Below are positions 25,945 through 36,093 of a stretch of 39,287 nt of DNA, piece by piece. The DNA comes from a virus (taxonomy: Duplodnaviria > Caudoviricetes): the IMG/VR virus record IMGVR_UViG_3300037047_000292, positions 1 to 39,287 of that record; one strand, 5' to 3'. Under the pieces are notes generated by a model. The model saw nothing but the letters and a program-made list of their open reading frames with translations. It had not been told where the DNA came from and searched no databases. A program made the translations under genes and the position numbers. Every line of letters begins with the position of its first letter. The first letter of the stretch is position 1.

Positions 25945-26850
25945 ATGGAGAAAAAATATGGCGAATTTATCGGCGTAGATAACCTCGTTTATGCCCTTTT
26001 AACTAAGGACGATTCAACAGGTTACACAGCCGGCACGCCTAAAGTTTTGGCGCCTGCTGCAGAGGTGGCCGCTGCCGCCACCGTCAACAAGTTGACGACG
26101 TACTATGACAACGTGGCTTCGAACACCTACGTTACAGAGGGAGAGACTGAAATCAAAGCAGTTGTGGCCAACATTGACGCCAAAGCAATGGCCGAGATTC
26201 TAGGCAAGTTCTTTGATGTCACAACAGGCCGCGTTATTGATGCCGGATCAGCTAACCCGCCAGCATGCGCCTTGGGCTTTAGATATAATATGGGGTCGTC
26301 AGGCTACCGATATTATTGGTTCCTTCACGGCACATTTGCAGGTGGAGAAGAAGCAGCAACAACCAAAAAGGATGACGTTGACGTCAAGAATTACGAGTTG
26401 ACATTCACAGCAGTGCCAACAGACTACAAATTCACAGTTGACGGCAAACTTTCACAGGTTAAGCGCGTATTCGGTGACACCGCCGAGGCGTCGTTTGATC
26501 CTACGGGATGGTTTACTCAGGTTCAGATTCCAGGAGCCGTGGCACCGTCAGCAATCGCGCTTTCGACTATCGTCCCAGCGGACGGAGCGGCATCGGTGGC
26601 CAGATCATCGACAATCGTCCTCACGTTCAACAACAAGATTGCAAGCGAGTCAATCAGCCTTATCAATACAACAAGCGGCGACACGGTGGCCTTCACCAAG
26701 TCGTGGGATACTACCGGGAAGATCCTCACCCTTACGCCAAGTTCAACAATGGCAGCAACAACAAAGCATGTTGTTGCAGTCAACGGCGTGACGGACATTT
26801 ATGGACAGGTCCTCGCAGCATCAGGAAAAGATTTCACAACCGCAGCTTAA
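25945..26850 (+). CDS. Major tail (tube) protein with C-terminal Ig-like domain
   Basis: phi13-like N-terminus (GVDNLVYA, YYDN); C-terminal PADGA..V...IVLTFN...LTLTP...VTDIYG. Confidence 0.88.
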   Translation: MEKKYGEFIGVDNLVYALLTKDDSTGYTAGTPKVLAPAAEVAAAATVNKLTTYYDNVASNTYVTEGETEIKAVVANIDAKAMAEILGKFFDVTTGRVIDAGSANPPACALGFRYNMGSSGYRYYWFLHGTFAGGEEAATTKKDDVDVKNYELTFTAVPTDYKFTVDGKLSQVKRVFGDTAEASFDPTGWFTQVQIPGAVAPSAIALSTIVPADGAASVARSSTIVLTFNNKIASESISLINTTSGDTVAFTKSWDTTGKILTLTPSSTMAATTKHVVAVNGVTDIYGQVLAASGKDFTTAA

Positions 26851-26861
26851 TGACAGCGGTC

Positions 26862-26888
26862 AGGGCGGCTTGATAGGCCGCCCTTTTT
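26862..26888 (+). terminator. Intrinsic terminator after the tail tube gene
   Basis: AGGGCGGC-TTGATAG-GCCGCCCT followed by TTTT. Confidence 0.8.
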
Positions 26889-26911
26889 AAAAACCTAGGG
26901 AGGGTTGAGTC

Positions 26912-27238
26912 ATGAAAGTATTAAACATCAAGTTAAACGGTAAGACCTACTTATCAACAAAAATAACCATGCACAGCACAAAAGAAGCGCTCCGGATCCA
27001 GCGCGATGCAATCGCACTCGGTAAACGTGGCCAGAGTTTTGAAGGCGACACAGACGGCGCCGAAGCTCTTATGAATGACCTTTATGAGATCAACGACCGA
27101 AAGGTCAACCTTGTTTGTGAGGTTTTCGGCGGCAAATTTACACCGGACGAGCTAGAGAGAGCTTTGTCATCCGATGAAATAGACACCGCGGTCAATGAAA
27201 TAATCTCAGGCGTCAGCGGTACAATCGAAAAAAACTAG
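26912..27238 (+). CDS. Tail assembly chaperone (gpG-like)
   Basis: Between tube and tape measure genes; ends in slippery GAA AAA AAC TAG. Confidence 0.85.
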   Translation: MKVLNIKLNGKTYLSTKITMHSTKEALRIQRDAIALGKRGQSFEGDTDGAEALMNDLYEINDRKVNLVCEVFGGKFTPDELERALSSDEIDTAVNEIISGVSGTIEKN

Positions 27239-27477
27239 ATGCGGGGTCCCGATATGATAGCGACGGCGATCCCGAAGATATAGACGTAACAATTAACGAC
27301 CTATATCGCCGGCTTGTCAATCAACACGGTTGGAGCCTACGCGATATAGACGACACCTATCTGGACACCTTGTTCGATTTCTTGCTCATGGAAAAGCGCG
27401 AAAATCCGAACATAATCACCATACAAGGCAAAGAGTACAAACGCGCCGCACCGGGTAAAGCTCCGGAATGGCTCTAA
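27229..27477 (+). CDS. -1 frameshift extension of the tail chaperone (gpGT-like; not in track)
   Basis: A AAA AAC at 27229-27235; the -1 frame stays open to TAA 27475-27477 (LDAGSRY...HGWSLRDIDDTYLDTLFDFL...PEWL). Confidence 0.8.
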   Translation, partial: KKLDAGSRYDSDGDPEDIDVTINDLYRRLVNQHGWSLRDIDDTYLDTLFDFLLMEKRENPNIITIQGKEYKRAAPGKAPEWL

Positions 27478-27489
27478 GGAGGTGAAAAA

Positions 27490-29673
27490 ATGGCTCAAAA
27501 TGAGAATGACATCGGTGGCAAAGTCGGCCTTGATGTATCTGAATTTAAATCAGGAACCGCGCAGCTTAACCGAGAAATTAGGGTCATTGAGTCAGGATTC
27601 AAGGCGGCGGCTGCCGGAACATCGGAGTGGAACAAAGACGCGGGGCTATTAGGCCAACGCATAGACACCCTCGGACAGATCATGGACAAGCAGCGCCAAA
27701 AGGTCGAAGCGGTCCGCAAAGAATACGAGCGCGTCGCAGCAGAGCAAGGCGAAAACAGCAAAGCAACCCAAGATCTAGCAATCAAGCTGAACAATGAAAC
27801 CGCGGCAATGAACAAGACCGAGAAACAGATCAACGAGTCAACAAAAGCCCTCAACAATTTAGGCAAAGAGAGCAAAGACGCCGAGAAGAACACCGAGAAG
27901 TTAAGCGCGGCCATGACAGGCATGGGCAAAGCTACAAAGGCAGCTGCAGACGTAGCCGTCAAAGCAGTTGTGGCGGTTGGAGCGGCAGCGGTGGCGGCGG
28001 CAGCTGGAGTTTTTAAGCTCACAGTGGATGCAGGCAAAGCAGCCGACGAGTTAATCACCATGTCAAACAAGACCGGACTCACAACGGATCAGCTTCAGGA
28101 GATGGAATACGCGGCAAGATTTGTTGACGTGGAAGTCGAAACCATGTCAGGATCCATGGTTAAGCTCACAAAGACCATGGACAAAGCCAGAGACGGAAAC
28201 AAGACAGCGGCGGCAGCTTATGAGACGTTAGGCGTTCAGATAACAAACGCAGACGGCAGCCTGAGAAACTCTAAAGACGTATGGCTTGAGACAATAGATG
28301 CCCTTGGCGGTGTCGCCAACGAAACAGAGCGCGACGCTTTGGCCATGGAGATATTCGGCAAGAGCGCCCAAGACCTCAACCCACTGATCAAAGCAGGAGC
28401 AAAAGAGCTCGGCAGATTGGGCCAAGAAGCAAAAGACCTGGGGCTGGTTTTAGACAGCGAAGCGGTAGCCTCTTTGGGAGCATTTGACGACAAGATGCAA
28501 AAGCTCGAAGCAACAACTAAAGGCATAGGCGCAGCAATTTCGATTGCAGCCCTTCCAGCAATGGACGCCTTAGTCTCGACGATGCAAAAGCTATCAGAAC
28601 AGGCCTTAGAAGCGGTTAAAACCGGAGATTGGTCAGCGGTAGGCACAACCATAAAAGATGCAATGACGGGCGCAGCCCAAGGCATAACGGATTTAATAAC
28701 CAACATAGCGCCGACAATCGTCCCAATCCTCTCAAATTTAGTGCAGACAATAGCGGACACAATACCGACATTGCTCCCAGTCATTATTGATACAGCACTT
28801 TTATTGCTCGACACCTTCATCAATTTTATTGTCGACAACAGCGACATGATCATAGACACCGGCATCACAGCGCTATTAAAGCTCATTGACGGCATTATAG
28901 CGGCACTACCTAAACTTATACCTGCAGCCTTGCAGATCATCGTCAAATTGGCCGCTGGTATCATTGCCGCCCTACCCCAGCTTATAGCCATGATCCCGCA
29001 GATATACAGCACAATTAAAGAAACATTAGCAACCATGGACTGGGGCAAGATAGGCGCCGACATTTTACAAGGCCTTTCAGACGGCGCGGCGTCAGCTCTT
29101 AAAATAGTCACTGAAGCATTGCAGCCCATGTTTGACAGCGTAAACAAAGAGCTTGAGAAGTGGACCAAGATCGGCGAATCGCTACTCGAAGGACTTAAAA
29201 AAGCGTTTGACAAGGTCGTCGAGGACATTAAAAAATGGGCCACGCTTGGCGGACAGATAGTCGACGGCATCATCCAAGGCATAAAAGACGCAGGCGCTCG
29301 GCTTGTCACCTCAGTAAAGAACATGGTCAACGATGCTTTAAACAGCGCTAAAAAGGCTCTAGGCATACAATCGCCGTCGAAGGTATTCCGGAATCAAGTG
29401 GGCGTCATGATTGGCGAAGGCATGGCGCTAGGCATCCAAGACAGCACCGGAACGGTCAACGCAGCAATGAAAAAATTAAATGGCAACCTTGCAGCTGAAG
29501 GATCCGTTAATCTAAACGCGACAGCCGGAGCAATCAGCAAGACCAACACTGCAGCCACACAGCAGGCAGCAGGCAAGAATTTTGTGATGAACGTGACGTT
29601 AAACGTCAGAAGCGCAGCCGATGCAGTCCGAGAGCTTGACATTTTAAGCAAGCAGCTCGCCGCATCATACTAA
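27490..29673 (+). CDS. Tape measure protein
   Basis: 727 aa Ala-rich helical protein with periodic Pro/Trp; C-terminal LGIQSPSKVF; AAGGAGGTG RBS. Confidence 0.92.
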   Translation: MAQNENDIGGKVGLDVSEFKSGTAQLNREIRVIESGFKAAAAGTSEWNKDAGLLGQRIDTLGQIMDKQRQKVEAVRKEYERVAAEQGENSKATQDLAIKLNNETAAMNKTEKQINESTKALNNLGKESKDAEKNTEKLSAAMTGMGKATKAAADVAVKAVVAVGAAAVAAAAGVFKLTVDAGKAADELITMSNKTGLTTDQLQEMEYAARFVDVEVETMSGSMVKLTKTMDKARDGNKTAAAAYETLGVQITNADGSLRNSKDVWLETIDALGGVANETERDALAMEIFGKSAQDLNPLIKAGAKELGRLGQEAKDLGLVLDSEAVASLGAFDDKMQKLEATTKGIGAAISIAALPAMDALVSTMQKLSEQALEAVKTGDWSAVGTTIKDAMTGAAQGITDLITNIAPTIVPILSNLVQTIADTIPTLLPVIIDTALLLLDTFINFIVDNSDMIIDTGITALLKLIDGIIAALPKLIPAALQIIVKLAAGIIAALPQLIAMIPQIYSTIKETLATMDWGKIGADILQGLSDGAASALKIVTEALQPMFDSVNKELEKWTKIGESLLEGLKKAFDKVVEDIKKWATLGGQIVDGIIQGIKDAGARLVTSVKNMVNDALNSAKKALGIQSPSKVFRNQVGVMIGEGMALGIQDSTGTVNAAMKKLNGNLAAEGSVNLNATAGAISKTNTAATQQAAGKNFVMNVTLNVRSAADAVRELDILSKQLAASY

Positions 29674-29682
29674 GGAGGGGCC

Positions 29683-30555
29683 ATGGAACGACTCATATTT
29701 AAAAACGCCAATGGCCAGCAGATCGAGTTTAGCAACACAAGCGATTACAGATGGACACAGGTCGAAGGACTCGGAGAAGGTACGGCAAACATGCAAAGCA
29801 CATCAAGCCCGTACCAAGACGGCTCGACCAACGTCGGCGGCGCATACTTTAACACCCGGACAATAAAAATTGATATGGTGGTCATCGGATCAGATTTAAA
29901 AGCATCCATTCGGCAGCTTAACGCAATTTTAAACCCTAAGATTGGCCTCGGATCCCTGACATTTGACAGAGACGGCGACATCAAGGTATTAGGCAAGGTA
30001 CGGACGAGGGTCCTCCCTTCCCTACCTGGCGGAGAATCAAGAGGCATAGGCTTTCAGGTCTGCTATATCATATTTGAGGCGTTTGATCCATTCTATGAGG
30101 ACCAGACAGAGACAGAGGCGACGGTCAACACCGGCGCGAATGTATTCAGCTTCCCGCTGAGTATCACGCCAAGTTATAGGTTTGACTACACCAACACCAC
30201 TGGCGTGACAGTAAACAACACAGGCGACGTTGAGTGCCCTATCACCGTTATTTTAGACGGTCCGAAGTCTAGCCCTATAACAATCGAGAACATGACCACA
30301 GGCGACAAAATAGTCATTGCTCAAGCGCTACTGGCAAACGAGCGCCTGACAATTACAACAGCAATAGACAACACAAACGTGGTAAAAACTAACCTCACAA
30401 CAGGAGCGCAGACAGTAGCCTTCCAATATATCGACATTTCACAGACCGAGTTTTTTGACCTAGCTATTGGAGCGAATACAATCCGGATCACAGCGGGCGA
30501 GGCAGAAGTCGAAGAAGCCACGGTTAAGTTTAAAAACAGATTTGTGGGGGTGTAG
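29683..30555 (+). CDS. Distal tail protein (Dit)
   Basis: Follows TMP; DG...R.I, FEAFDPF, N.GDV..P, L.IG.N. Confidence 0.85.
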   Translation: MERLIFKNANGQQIEFSNTSDYRWTQVEGLGEGTANMQSTSSPYQDGSTNVGGAYFNTRTIKIDMVVIGSDLKASIRQLNAILNPKIGLGSLTFDRDGDIKVLGKVRTRVLPSLPGGESRGIGFQVCYIIFEAFDPFYEDQTETEATVNTGANVFSFPLSITPSYRFDYTNTTGVTVNNTGDVECPITVILDGPKSSPITIENMTTGDKIVIAQALLANERLTITTAIDNTNVVKTNLTTGAQTVAFQYIDISQTEFFDLAIGANTIRITAGEAEVEEATVKFKNRFVGV

Positions 30556-30558
30556 GAC

Positions 30559-32124
30559 ATGAAAACCCTTCACGTCATGGGCCTAGACTTTGAGTACAAA
30601 GCAGCATTAAAAGGCTATGAGGTCGCAATCGTAAAACGCGAATGGAACGGAATCGGCACGATGGATTTAGTCATCAATTCAGACATAACAAACGCCGTTT
30701 TGATCCAAGAGGACGACCTTATCTGGTTTGACAATGAATACAATAAGGTTTATATCGTCGAAAAGCTAGAAGCAAGCCTCGAAGGCAGCTCGACACGGAT
30801 TTACATCACAGCAAGCCACATTAACGCGCTTGTGAGGGATTTTGTCACCATCCCACCAGCTGGCCAAGACTACGACATCAGGACAGGGACAAGGTCGGCG
30901 GTCGTCAGGGCGTGGATCACTCAGAACATGATCACACCATCAAACCCAACACGCGCTCAGTACCCTATCACGCTTGAGACCTACTCCCCTATTGGCGCAA
31001 CAATCACAGAGCAAACAAGGCTTAAAAATCTTTATGAGGAAATCAGCCGGGTATTATCGACCGAAAACCTCGGATGGGTCCTTGAGCTTGACGGGCCTAA
31101 CCATCAATTTATTTTTAAAGTCCTTGAAGGCGTCAACAGGACAGCAGGACAAAGCACAAACAGCCGCGTGCTTTTTGGCCTTAGTTATGGCAATATTGCA
31201 GGCTATCGCAAAGTAAAAGACGCGCTGGCGTCGAGGACGGTCGCCATTGTAGGTGGTCAAGGCGAAGGCTCAGGACGGACAATCGTCGAGGTTGACGCTT
31301 CCGGATCCGGCAGACGTAAAGAGACGTTTGTGGACGCAAGGGACGTCGCGTCAGAGACAGAGCTCACAGAGAGAGGCCTTCAATCCCTTTCAGAGCTTGA
31401 AGCAATCAACGCCTTTGAGTTTCAAACGCTTAACCGCCAATTTGTCTACGAGACGGACTACGACCTAGGCGATTTTGTGACGGTGGTCATTGACAAGGCA
31501 GACAGCCAAGACCTGCAGATTCGAAAGATCACCGAAGTATACGAGCGCGGAAACATCACGGTGACGCCTGAGTTTGGGAAGCCGGAGCGGACGATTGGCT
31601 CGGCGTTCAGCTCAATGAATCAAAAGATTGAGTCCGTATCAAACGCAACGGCAAAGGTGACAAATAACATTATACCAGCCGGTGCGATCATACCAACAGC
31701 AGCAACGACGCTTCCATCCGGTGGGTGGTTACTCTGTGACGGGTCGGCGGTAGTAAGGGCAAGTTTCCCCGCGCTATTTGAGGCAATCGGCACAACATAC
31801 GGATCCGGAAATGGGTCGACGACGTTCAACATTCCAAACCTTAAAGGCCGGATTCCACTCGGTCAGGACACCACACAAACAGAGTTTGACATCCTAGGCG
31901 AGACTGGCGGAGCAAAGACACACACGCTTACAGCCGCAGAAATTCCGGCGCATACCCACCCGCAGCAGGTCGTCAACAACGGCACGGCTGGAACAGCAGG
32001 CACACAAGGAGCAAGCACAGCAAACGCGACAACAGTCGGCACAACCGGAAGCAACTCCGGAGGCGACGGCGCTCACAACAATTTACAGCCTTATATTGTT
32101 TTAAGATACATCATCAAGTATTAA
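30559..32124 (+). CDS. Baseplate hub/Tal (Gp37-like) fused to a C-terminal tail-collar domain
   Basis: GGQGEG..R, R.E.FVDARD, DYDLGDFVTV; then IPAGAI...GWLLCDG...LF.AIGTTYG.G.GSTTFNIPNL.GR...HNNLQPY. Confidence 0.85.
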   Translation: MKTLHVMGLDFEYKAALKGYEVAIVKREWNGIGTMDLVINSDITNAVLIQEDDLIWFDNEYNKVYIVEKLEASLEGSSTRIYITASHINALVRDFVTIPPAGQDYDIRTGTRSAVVRAWITQNMITPSNPTRAQYPITLETYSPIGATITEQTRLKNLYEEISRVLSTENLGWVLELDGPNHQFIFKVLEGVNRTAGQSTNSRVLFGLSYGNIAGYRKVKDALASRTVAIVGGQGEGSGRTIVEVDASGSGRRKETFVDARDVASETELTERGLQSLSELEAINAFEFQTLNRQFVYETDYDLGDFVTVVIDKADSQDLQIRKITEVYERGNITVTPEFGKPERTIGSAFSSMNQKIESVSNATAKVTNNIIPAGAIIPTAATTLPSGGWLLCDGSAVVRASFPALFEAIGTTYGSGNGSTTFNIPNLKGRIPLGQDTTQTEFDILGETGGAKTHTLTAAEIPAHTHPQQVVNNGTAGTAGTQGASTANATTVGTTGSNSGGDGAHNNLQPYIVLRYIIKY

Positions 32125-32136
32125 GGAGGGGCAAGA

Positions 32137-33636
32137 ATGACAGTTTTAAATGACATCGGCTTTCCATTCACGGACCAAAAAGGAGACCGGCTCTATACAT
32201 CAAGCGATTGGCGGGAATATTTCAAAGCACTTGTGACCGGCGGAGTTGTCGGAGCAATCGCAAATGAGTTGCAGGTCAAGCCGCAGGAGGTAGCCAACAA
32301 AAGCATTTTTATTGATACCGGCGCCATCCTGATTAACGGAGCTTTGCGCGTCATGGAGTCAACAACAACGCTTGCAGTCGCAGACAACGCCAGCGGAAAC
32401 CCAAGGATTGACCGGATTGTGGCACGACTCAATTATACAGATCGTAAGATTGAGTTTGCAGTCAAACAAGGAACACCGGAAGGCAGTCCAAGCGCTCCGG
32501 CGTTGGTCCAGAACACAACAACTTTTGAATATTCGCTCGCAAAGATTACGCTTGCTAATGGGTACACGACCATTACCGCCGGAGTCATCACCGACGAAAG
32601 GCTGGACGAGGCGGTTTGTGGATATTTTAAGTATCGAGCAAAGCCGGCATGGTATCCGGGTGGAACGCCACCAATTGACGCTTGGATGTATGTTAATTTT
32701 AAGAACTTACTAACTGCTCCTGAAATCGCGGCGATTGAAGGTAATTCATCATTAATGAGCATCATAAATAACTCAACGTTAAAAACAGTAACGACTGATA
32801 TGTGGGAAGCTTTAACCCCAATATCGACTGTTGGTAGTGGCAATTGGATTGCTCCAGATTTAAACAATGGTGCTCCGTATACACTTGGCGTATTGGTTGT
32901 TGGTGGCGGTGGAAGCGGTGGCGCAGCAAAAAACCATCATGCCACAGTACCAAACGGAGGAATCGGTTTAGGTGGTGCCGCGGGGAGAAGTTTAGCGTTC
33001 ACTATGACCGTGACACCAGGCCAAAGTATTCCATATGTTGTTGGTGATGGTGGGGCTCCGGCAGTAACAAGCACCAGCACCTCGACTTCAACCGCAGGAA
33101 ATACAGGTGGAACAAGTAGTTTCAACTCAAAAAGCGCAACCGGTGGGGTAGGTGGTGCCGCTACGAATGGTACGGATTCGTCCGGAACAACAAGATCTGG
33201 ATCCAATGGGTCTACTGGATCTGAGGCTGGACAAATAAATGCAGGAGCACAAACGCCGAGAGCTCCAATATATGGAGAATATGGGCGACCTGTAAATTAT
33301 TCAACATCTATATCATTTAGTGGAAAATCATTCAGTTCCGAGGCCTGGAATCCATTTACAAAAAAATATTTTGGTGGCGCAGGCGGATATGCCTATGGTG
33401 TAAATGATAACACCTTATATGCACAAGCTGCGGTGGAATTAAACGATTTGTTAATCGCCGGTGCTGGCCGAGCGGAATATAGTGGATCAGCTTTAGTCGG
33501 ATACTCAGCGACTTCGCCTGGGTCAGGTGGCGGCGCTGCTGTTGGCGTGTTTAATGCAATTTCTGCCAATATCGTAACTAGTGGAAAAGGCGGTAGTGGC
33601 ATCATTCGTTTATATCGAAAGGCGGTAATTATATGA
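32137..33636 (+). CDS. Tail fibre / receptor-binding protein with glycine-rich C-terminal domain
   Basis: Baseplate-anchor-like N-terminus (GDRLY...NPRIDRIVARL); C-terminal VVGGGGSGG...GGAAG...GSGGG...GGSGII. Confidence 0.75.
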   Translation: MTVLNDIGFPFTDQKGDRLYTSSDWREYFKALVTGGVVGAIANELQVKPQEVANKSIFIDTGAILINGALRVMESTTTLAVADNASGNPRIDRIVARLNYTDRKIEFAVKQGTPEGSPSAPALVQNTTTFEYSLAKITLANGYTTITAGVITDERLDEAVCGYFKYRAKPAWYPGGTPPIDAWMYVNFKNLLTAPEIAAIEGNSSLMSIINNSTLKTVTTDMWEALTPISTVGSGNWIAPDLNNGAPYTLGVLVVGGGGSGGAAKNHHATVPNGGIGLGGAAGRSLAFTMTVTPGQSIPYVVGDGGAPAVTSTSTSTSTAGNTGGTSSFNSKSATGGVGGAATNGTDSSGTTRSGSNGSTGSEAGQINAGAQTPRAPIYGEYGRPVNYSTSISFSGKSFSSEAWNPFTKKYFGGAGGYAYGVNDNTLYAQAAVELNDLLIAGAGRAEYSGSALVGYSATSPGSGGGAAVGVFNAISANIVTSGKGGSGIIRLYRKAVII

Positions 33637-33920
33637 TTATTGTTAGACTCGATGCTAATATTGTCGTTGAGATATTACCAAATTCAACATATGAGAAGGG
33701 GCCTTTGTATTGGTTTGGTTATGAAATCGCAGAACAATGCGTATCTGCTCCGGATAATGTAGTCTGCGGCATGACATACGAAAATGGCGTGTTTTACTGG
33801 ACCGAAAAAAAAGATCCAGAAAGAACACCAGAACAACGAATTTTAGAACTAGAACAAGACAACCTGATCGCCTTAGAAGCTCTCACAGAGCTTTATGAAA
33901 TCGTCACAGGAGGTTTATAA
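33633..33920 (+). CDS. Putative fibre-associated chaperone
   Basis: ATGA coupling; C-terminal EQRILELEQ coiled coil. Confidence 0.65.
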   Translation: MIIVRLDANIVVEILPNSTYEKGPLYWFGYEIAEQCVSAPDNVVCGMTYENGVFYWTEKKDPERTPEQRILELEQDNLIALEALTELYEIVTGGL

Positions 33921-34027
33921 TGGCCCAAGTATATTACAAGCTAATCAAGGCAGGACGAAAGACAATTGACGACGTGCCGGCAAGTCTAAAAGCAGAGGTA
34001 CAAGCCCTGCTTGACGCCGATGTATAG
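33920..34027 (+). CDS. CD1375/XkdX-like small protein, copy 1 (35 aa; not in track)
   Basis: AGGAGG RBS; MAQVYYKLIKAGRKTIDDVPASLKAEVQALLDADV. Confidence 0.8.
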   Translation: MAQVYYKLIKAGRKTIDDVPASLKAEVQALLDADV

Positions 34028-34070
34028 GCTCGGCAATTTGATTCTAAAAATCTTGATAGGAGGTAAAACC

Positions 34071-34205
34071 ATGGTTGACGTATATGTAGCATTGATCGTA
34101 AAAAAACGCAGAACAATCGAGCAAGTACCCGTTCAGCTTCGCGCTCAAGTGCTTGCTGAATTAACAGCCCTAGGCCTAGATGGCAACGGCGATCCACTAA
34201 TTTAA
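34071..34205 (+). CDS. CD1375/XkdX-like small protein, copy 2
   Basis: AGGAGG RBS; MVDVYVALIVKKRRTIEQVPVQLRAQVLAEL. Confidence 0.8.
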   Translation: MVDVYVALIVKKRRTIEQVPVQLRAQVLAELTALGLDGNGDPLI

Positions 34206-34223
34206 TAACAGGAGGATGCAAGC

Positions 34224-34622
34224 ATGAGTAAAATATATCCAAAAGCAAAAGAAAAAATGATGTCTGGCACAATCAACATACCGACGGACACCATCAAAGT
34301 GGCGCTTATTGACACCGGAGCTTACACATATTCAGACGCACACGAATTTTATTCGAGCGTAGCTGGCGTGGTAGGCACACCGCAGACGCTAGGTTCTAAA
34401 ACTGTCACGGACGGAGTATTAAACGGCGGATCAGTCACATATACCGCCGTGACCGGAAATAGCGTCGAGGCAATCATTATTTATAAAGACACAGGCACAG
34501 CGGGCACAAGTCCTGTAATTGCTTACATCGACACGGCGTCGGCTGGTCTGCCAGTCACACCAAACGGCGGAAACATTACAATCAACTGGGACACGGGCGT
34601 CAATAAAATATTCGCCCTCTAA
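34224..34622 (+). CDS. Putative virion structural protein
   Basis: AGGAGG RBS; DTIKVALID...IAYID...LPVTPNGGNITINW...IFAL. Confidence 0.7.
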   Translation: MSKIYPKAKEKMMSGTINIPTDTIKVALIDTGAYTYSDAHEFYSSVAGVVGTPQTLGSKTVTDGVLNGGSVTYTAVTGNSVEAIIIYKDTGTAGTSPVIAYIDTASAGLPVTPNGGNITINWDTGVNKIFAL

Positions 34623-34635
34623 GGGCGGTGACTAA

Positions 34636-36093
34636 ATGGCTCAACTCATAAGGTATGCAACAAACCATAACAGCGGATGGACAAACTCCCAAAACGCGCT
34701 TGCGTCAAATGGACTGTATGCAACGTCTGCGCCCGCCAAAAACGGCAGCACTTACGTGAGCTTTGGGGGATTCGGATTTGACGACATCCCCGAAGGCTCC
34801 ACAATTGACAATGTACAACTTGAGGCTTACTGGAAAGTATCGACGACTGGATCGGTGGACACTCTCGGCGTCTCAGCTTTGGTTGGCGGATCACTGTCAG
34901 GATCTGAATTTACCACAACAACGCTGACAACATCAATGAAGTTAGACGCAATGCAGACAACCGGAATTTCAACAAGAGACAACCTTTTAGATGGTACTTT
35001 TGGTGTACAAGTCCGAGCAACGAGAGGTAATACAAATACGGCCTTTACCGCGTCGCTTGACTACGTGAGAGCAACCGTTGACTATACAACACCGCCGCCT
35101 GCAGAAGCGCAGACAATATCCGCGACAGGCTATGCAGACACCGATGGGTTAGGACTTCCAACAATAACCGCGGAAATACCGATCCAAATCATCAGCCTGA
35201 CAGGTTACGCGGACGCAGACGGATTTGGACCTCCTACAGTTGTGCGAGGCGGTGTTAACATAGCGCCGAACGGATACGCGGACACAGACAAAGTTGGACT
35301 TCCTACAGTTGCGCGAGGCGGCGTCACCATATCACCGAACGGATATGCGGACACAGACGGAGTTGGTAATCCGATAATCACAACGACAACGCCGTCCCTA
35401 TCAATCAACCCAACTGGATTACCAAATCAAAACAATTTCGGACTTTCTACAATAGCGCGCGGCAGCGTGACAATATATCCAACTGGCGCTGCTTGTACGA
35501 ATGCACCAGGAACGCCTTCGGTTTCAACAGGGCCGGTTATTGTTAATTTAAACGGCATCCAATCTGCAGTTAACGTTGGGCAGCCCTCGGTTACAAGTGG
35601 CGGAGCGATCATCAATGCGACAGGATATGCGGACATTGAAGGAATCGGATCGCCAACAATTACATCAACGACGGCGCCAATATTACCTTCTGGGATTGCA
35701 TCGACTAGCAACATCGGAATGCCTAACAGCACAACATTAGCAAACATTAACACCGCAGGCGTGACAAGTGGAAGCGTGGTTGGGTTTCCTTCCATTGAGA
35801 CCATTACAGCGCTGACGCTCTCCGGTATAGCATCTACATCACAGCTTGGACGTCCAGAAGTCGCGGAAGTAATCTCGGTGGATCAAACGGTCGAAGCCAC
35901 AGGCTTAAGCTCTACGGTTATATTTGGGACGCTTTGGGTTAGATATTTTGTAACGCTAGTGATATGCGGAAACATATCGCAACCAGTCCTTGTTGGAGAT
36001 TTAAAACACCCAAAAACAAAAGGTCAAATCAAGCCGGTGTTATTCATCAAAGGCAATATACAGAAAAATTTAGAAATGGAGGGCACCCAATGA
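34636..36093 (+). CDS. Repeat-rich putative fibre protein
   Basis: Globular N-terminus, then about 12 copies of a ~23-aa repeat (I.P.G......G.P.V/I). Confidence 0.7.
   Translation: MAQLIRYATNHNSGWTNSQNALASNGLYATSAPAKNGSTYVSFGGFGFDDIPEGSTIDNVQLEAYWKVSTTGSVDTLGVSALVGGSLSGSEFTTTTLTTSMKLDAMQTTGISTRDNLLDGTFGVQVRATRGNTNTAFTASLDYVRATVDYTTPPPAEAQTISATGYADTDGLGLPTITAEIPIQIISLTGYADADGFGPPTVVRGGVNIAPNGYADTDKVGLPTVARGGVTISPNGYADTDGVGNPIITTTTPSLSINPTGLPNQNNFGLSTIARGSVTIYPTGAACTNAPGTPSVSTGPVIVNLNGIQSAVNVGQPSVTSGGAIINATGYADIEGIGSPTITSTTAPILPSGIASTSNIGMPNSTTLANINTAGVTSGSVVGFPSIETITALTLSGIASTSQLGRPEVAEVISVDQTVEATGLSSTVIFGTLWVRYFVTLVICGNISQPVLVGDLKHPKTKGQIKPVLFIKGNIQKNLEMEGTQ

Noticed and set aside
27495-29651. 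Long antisense ORFs (195 aa and 376 aa) opposite the tape measure gene
   Set aside because: Expected from Ala/Leu/Ile-rich biased codons that leave the reverse frame stop-poor; no RBS or motifs.
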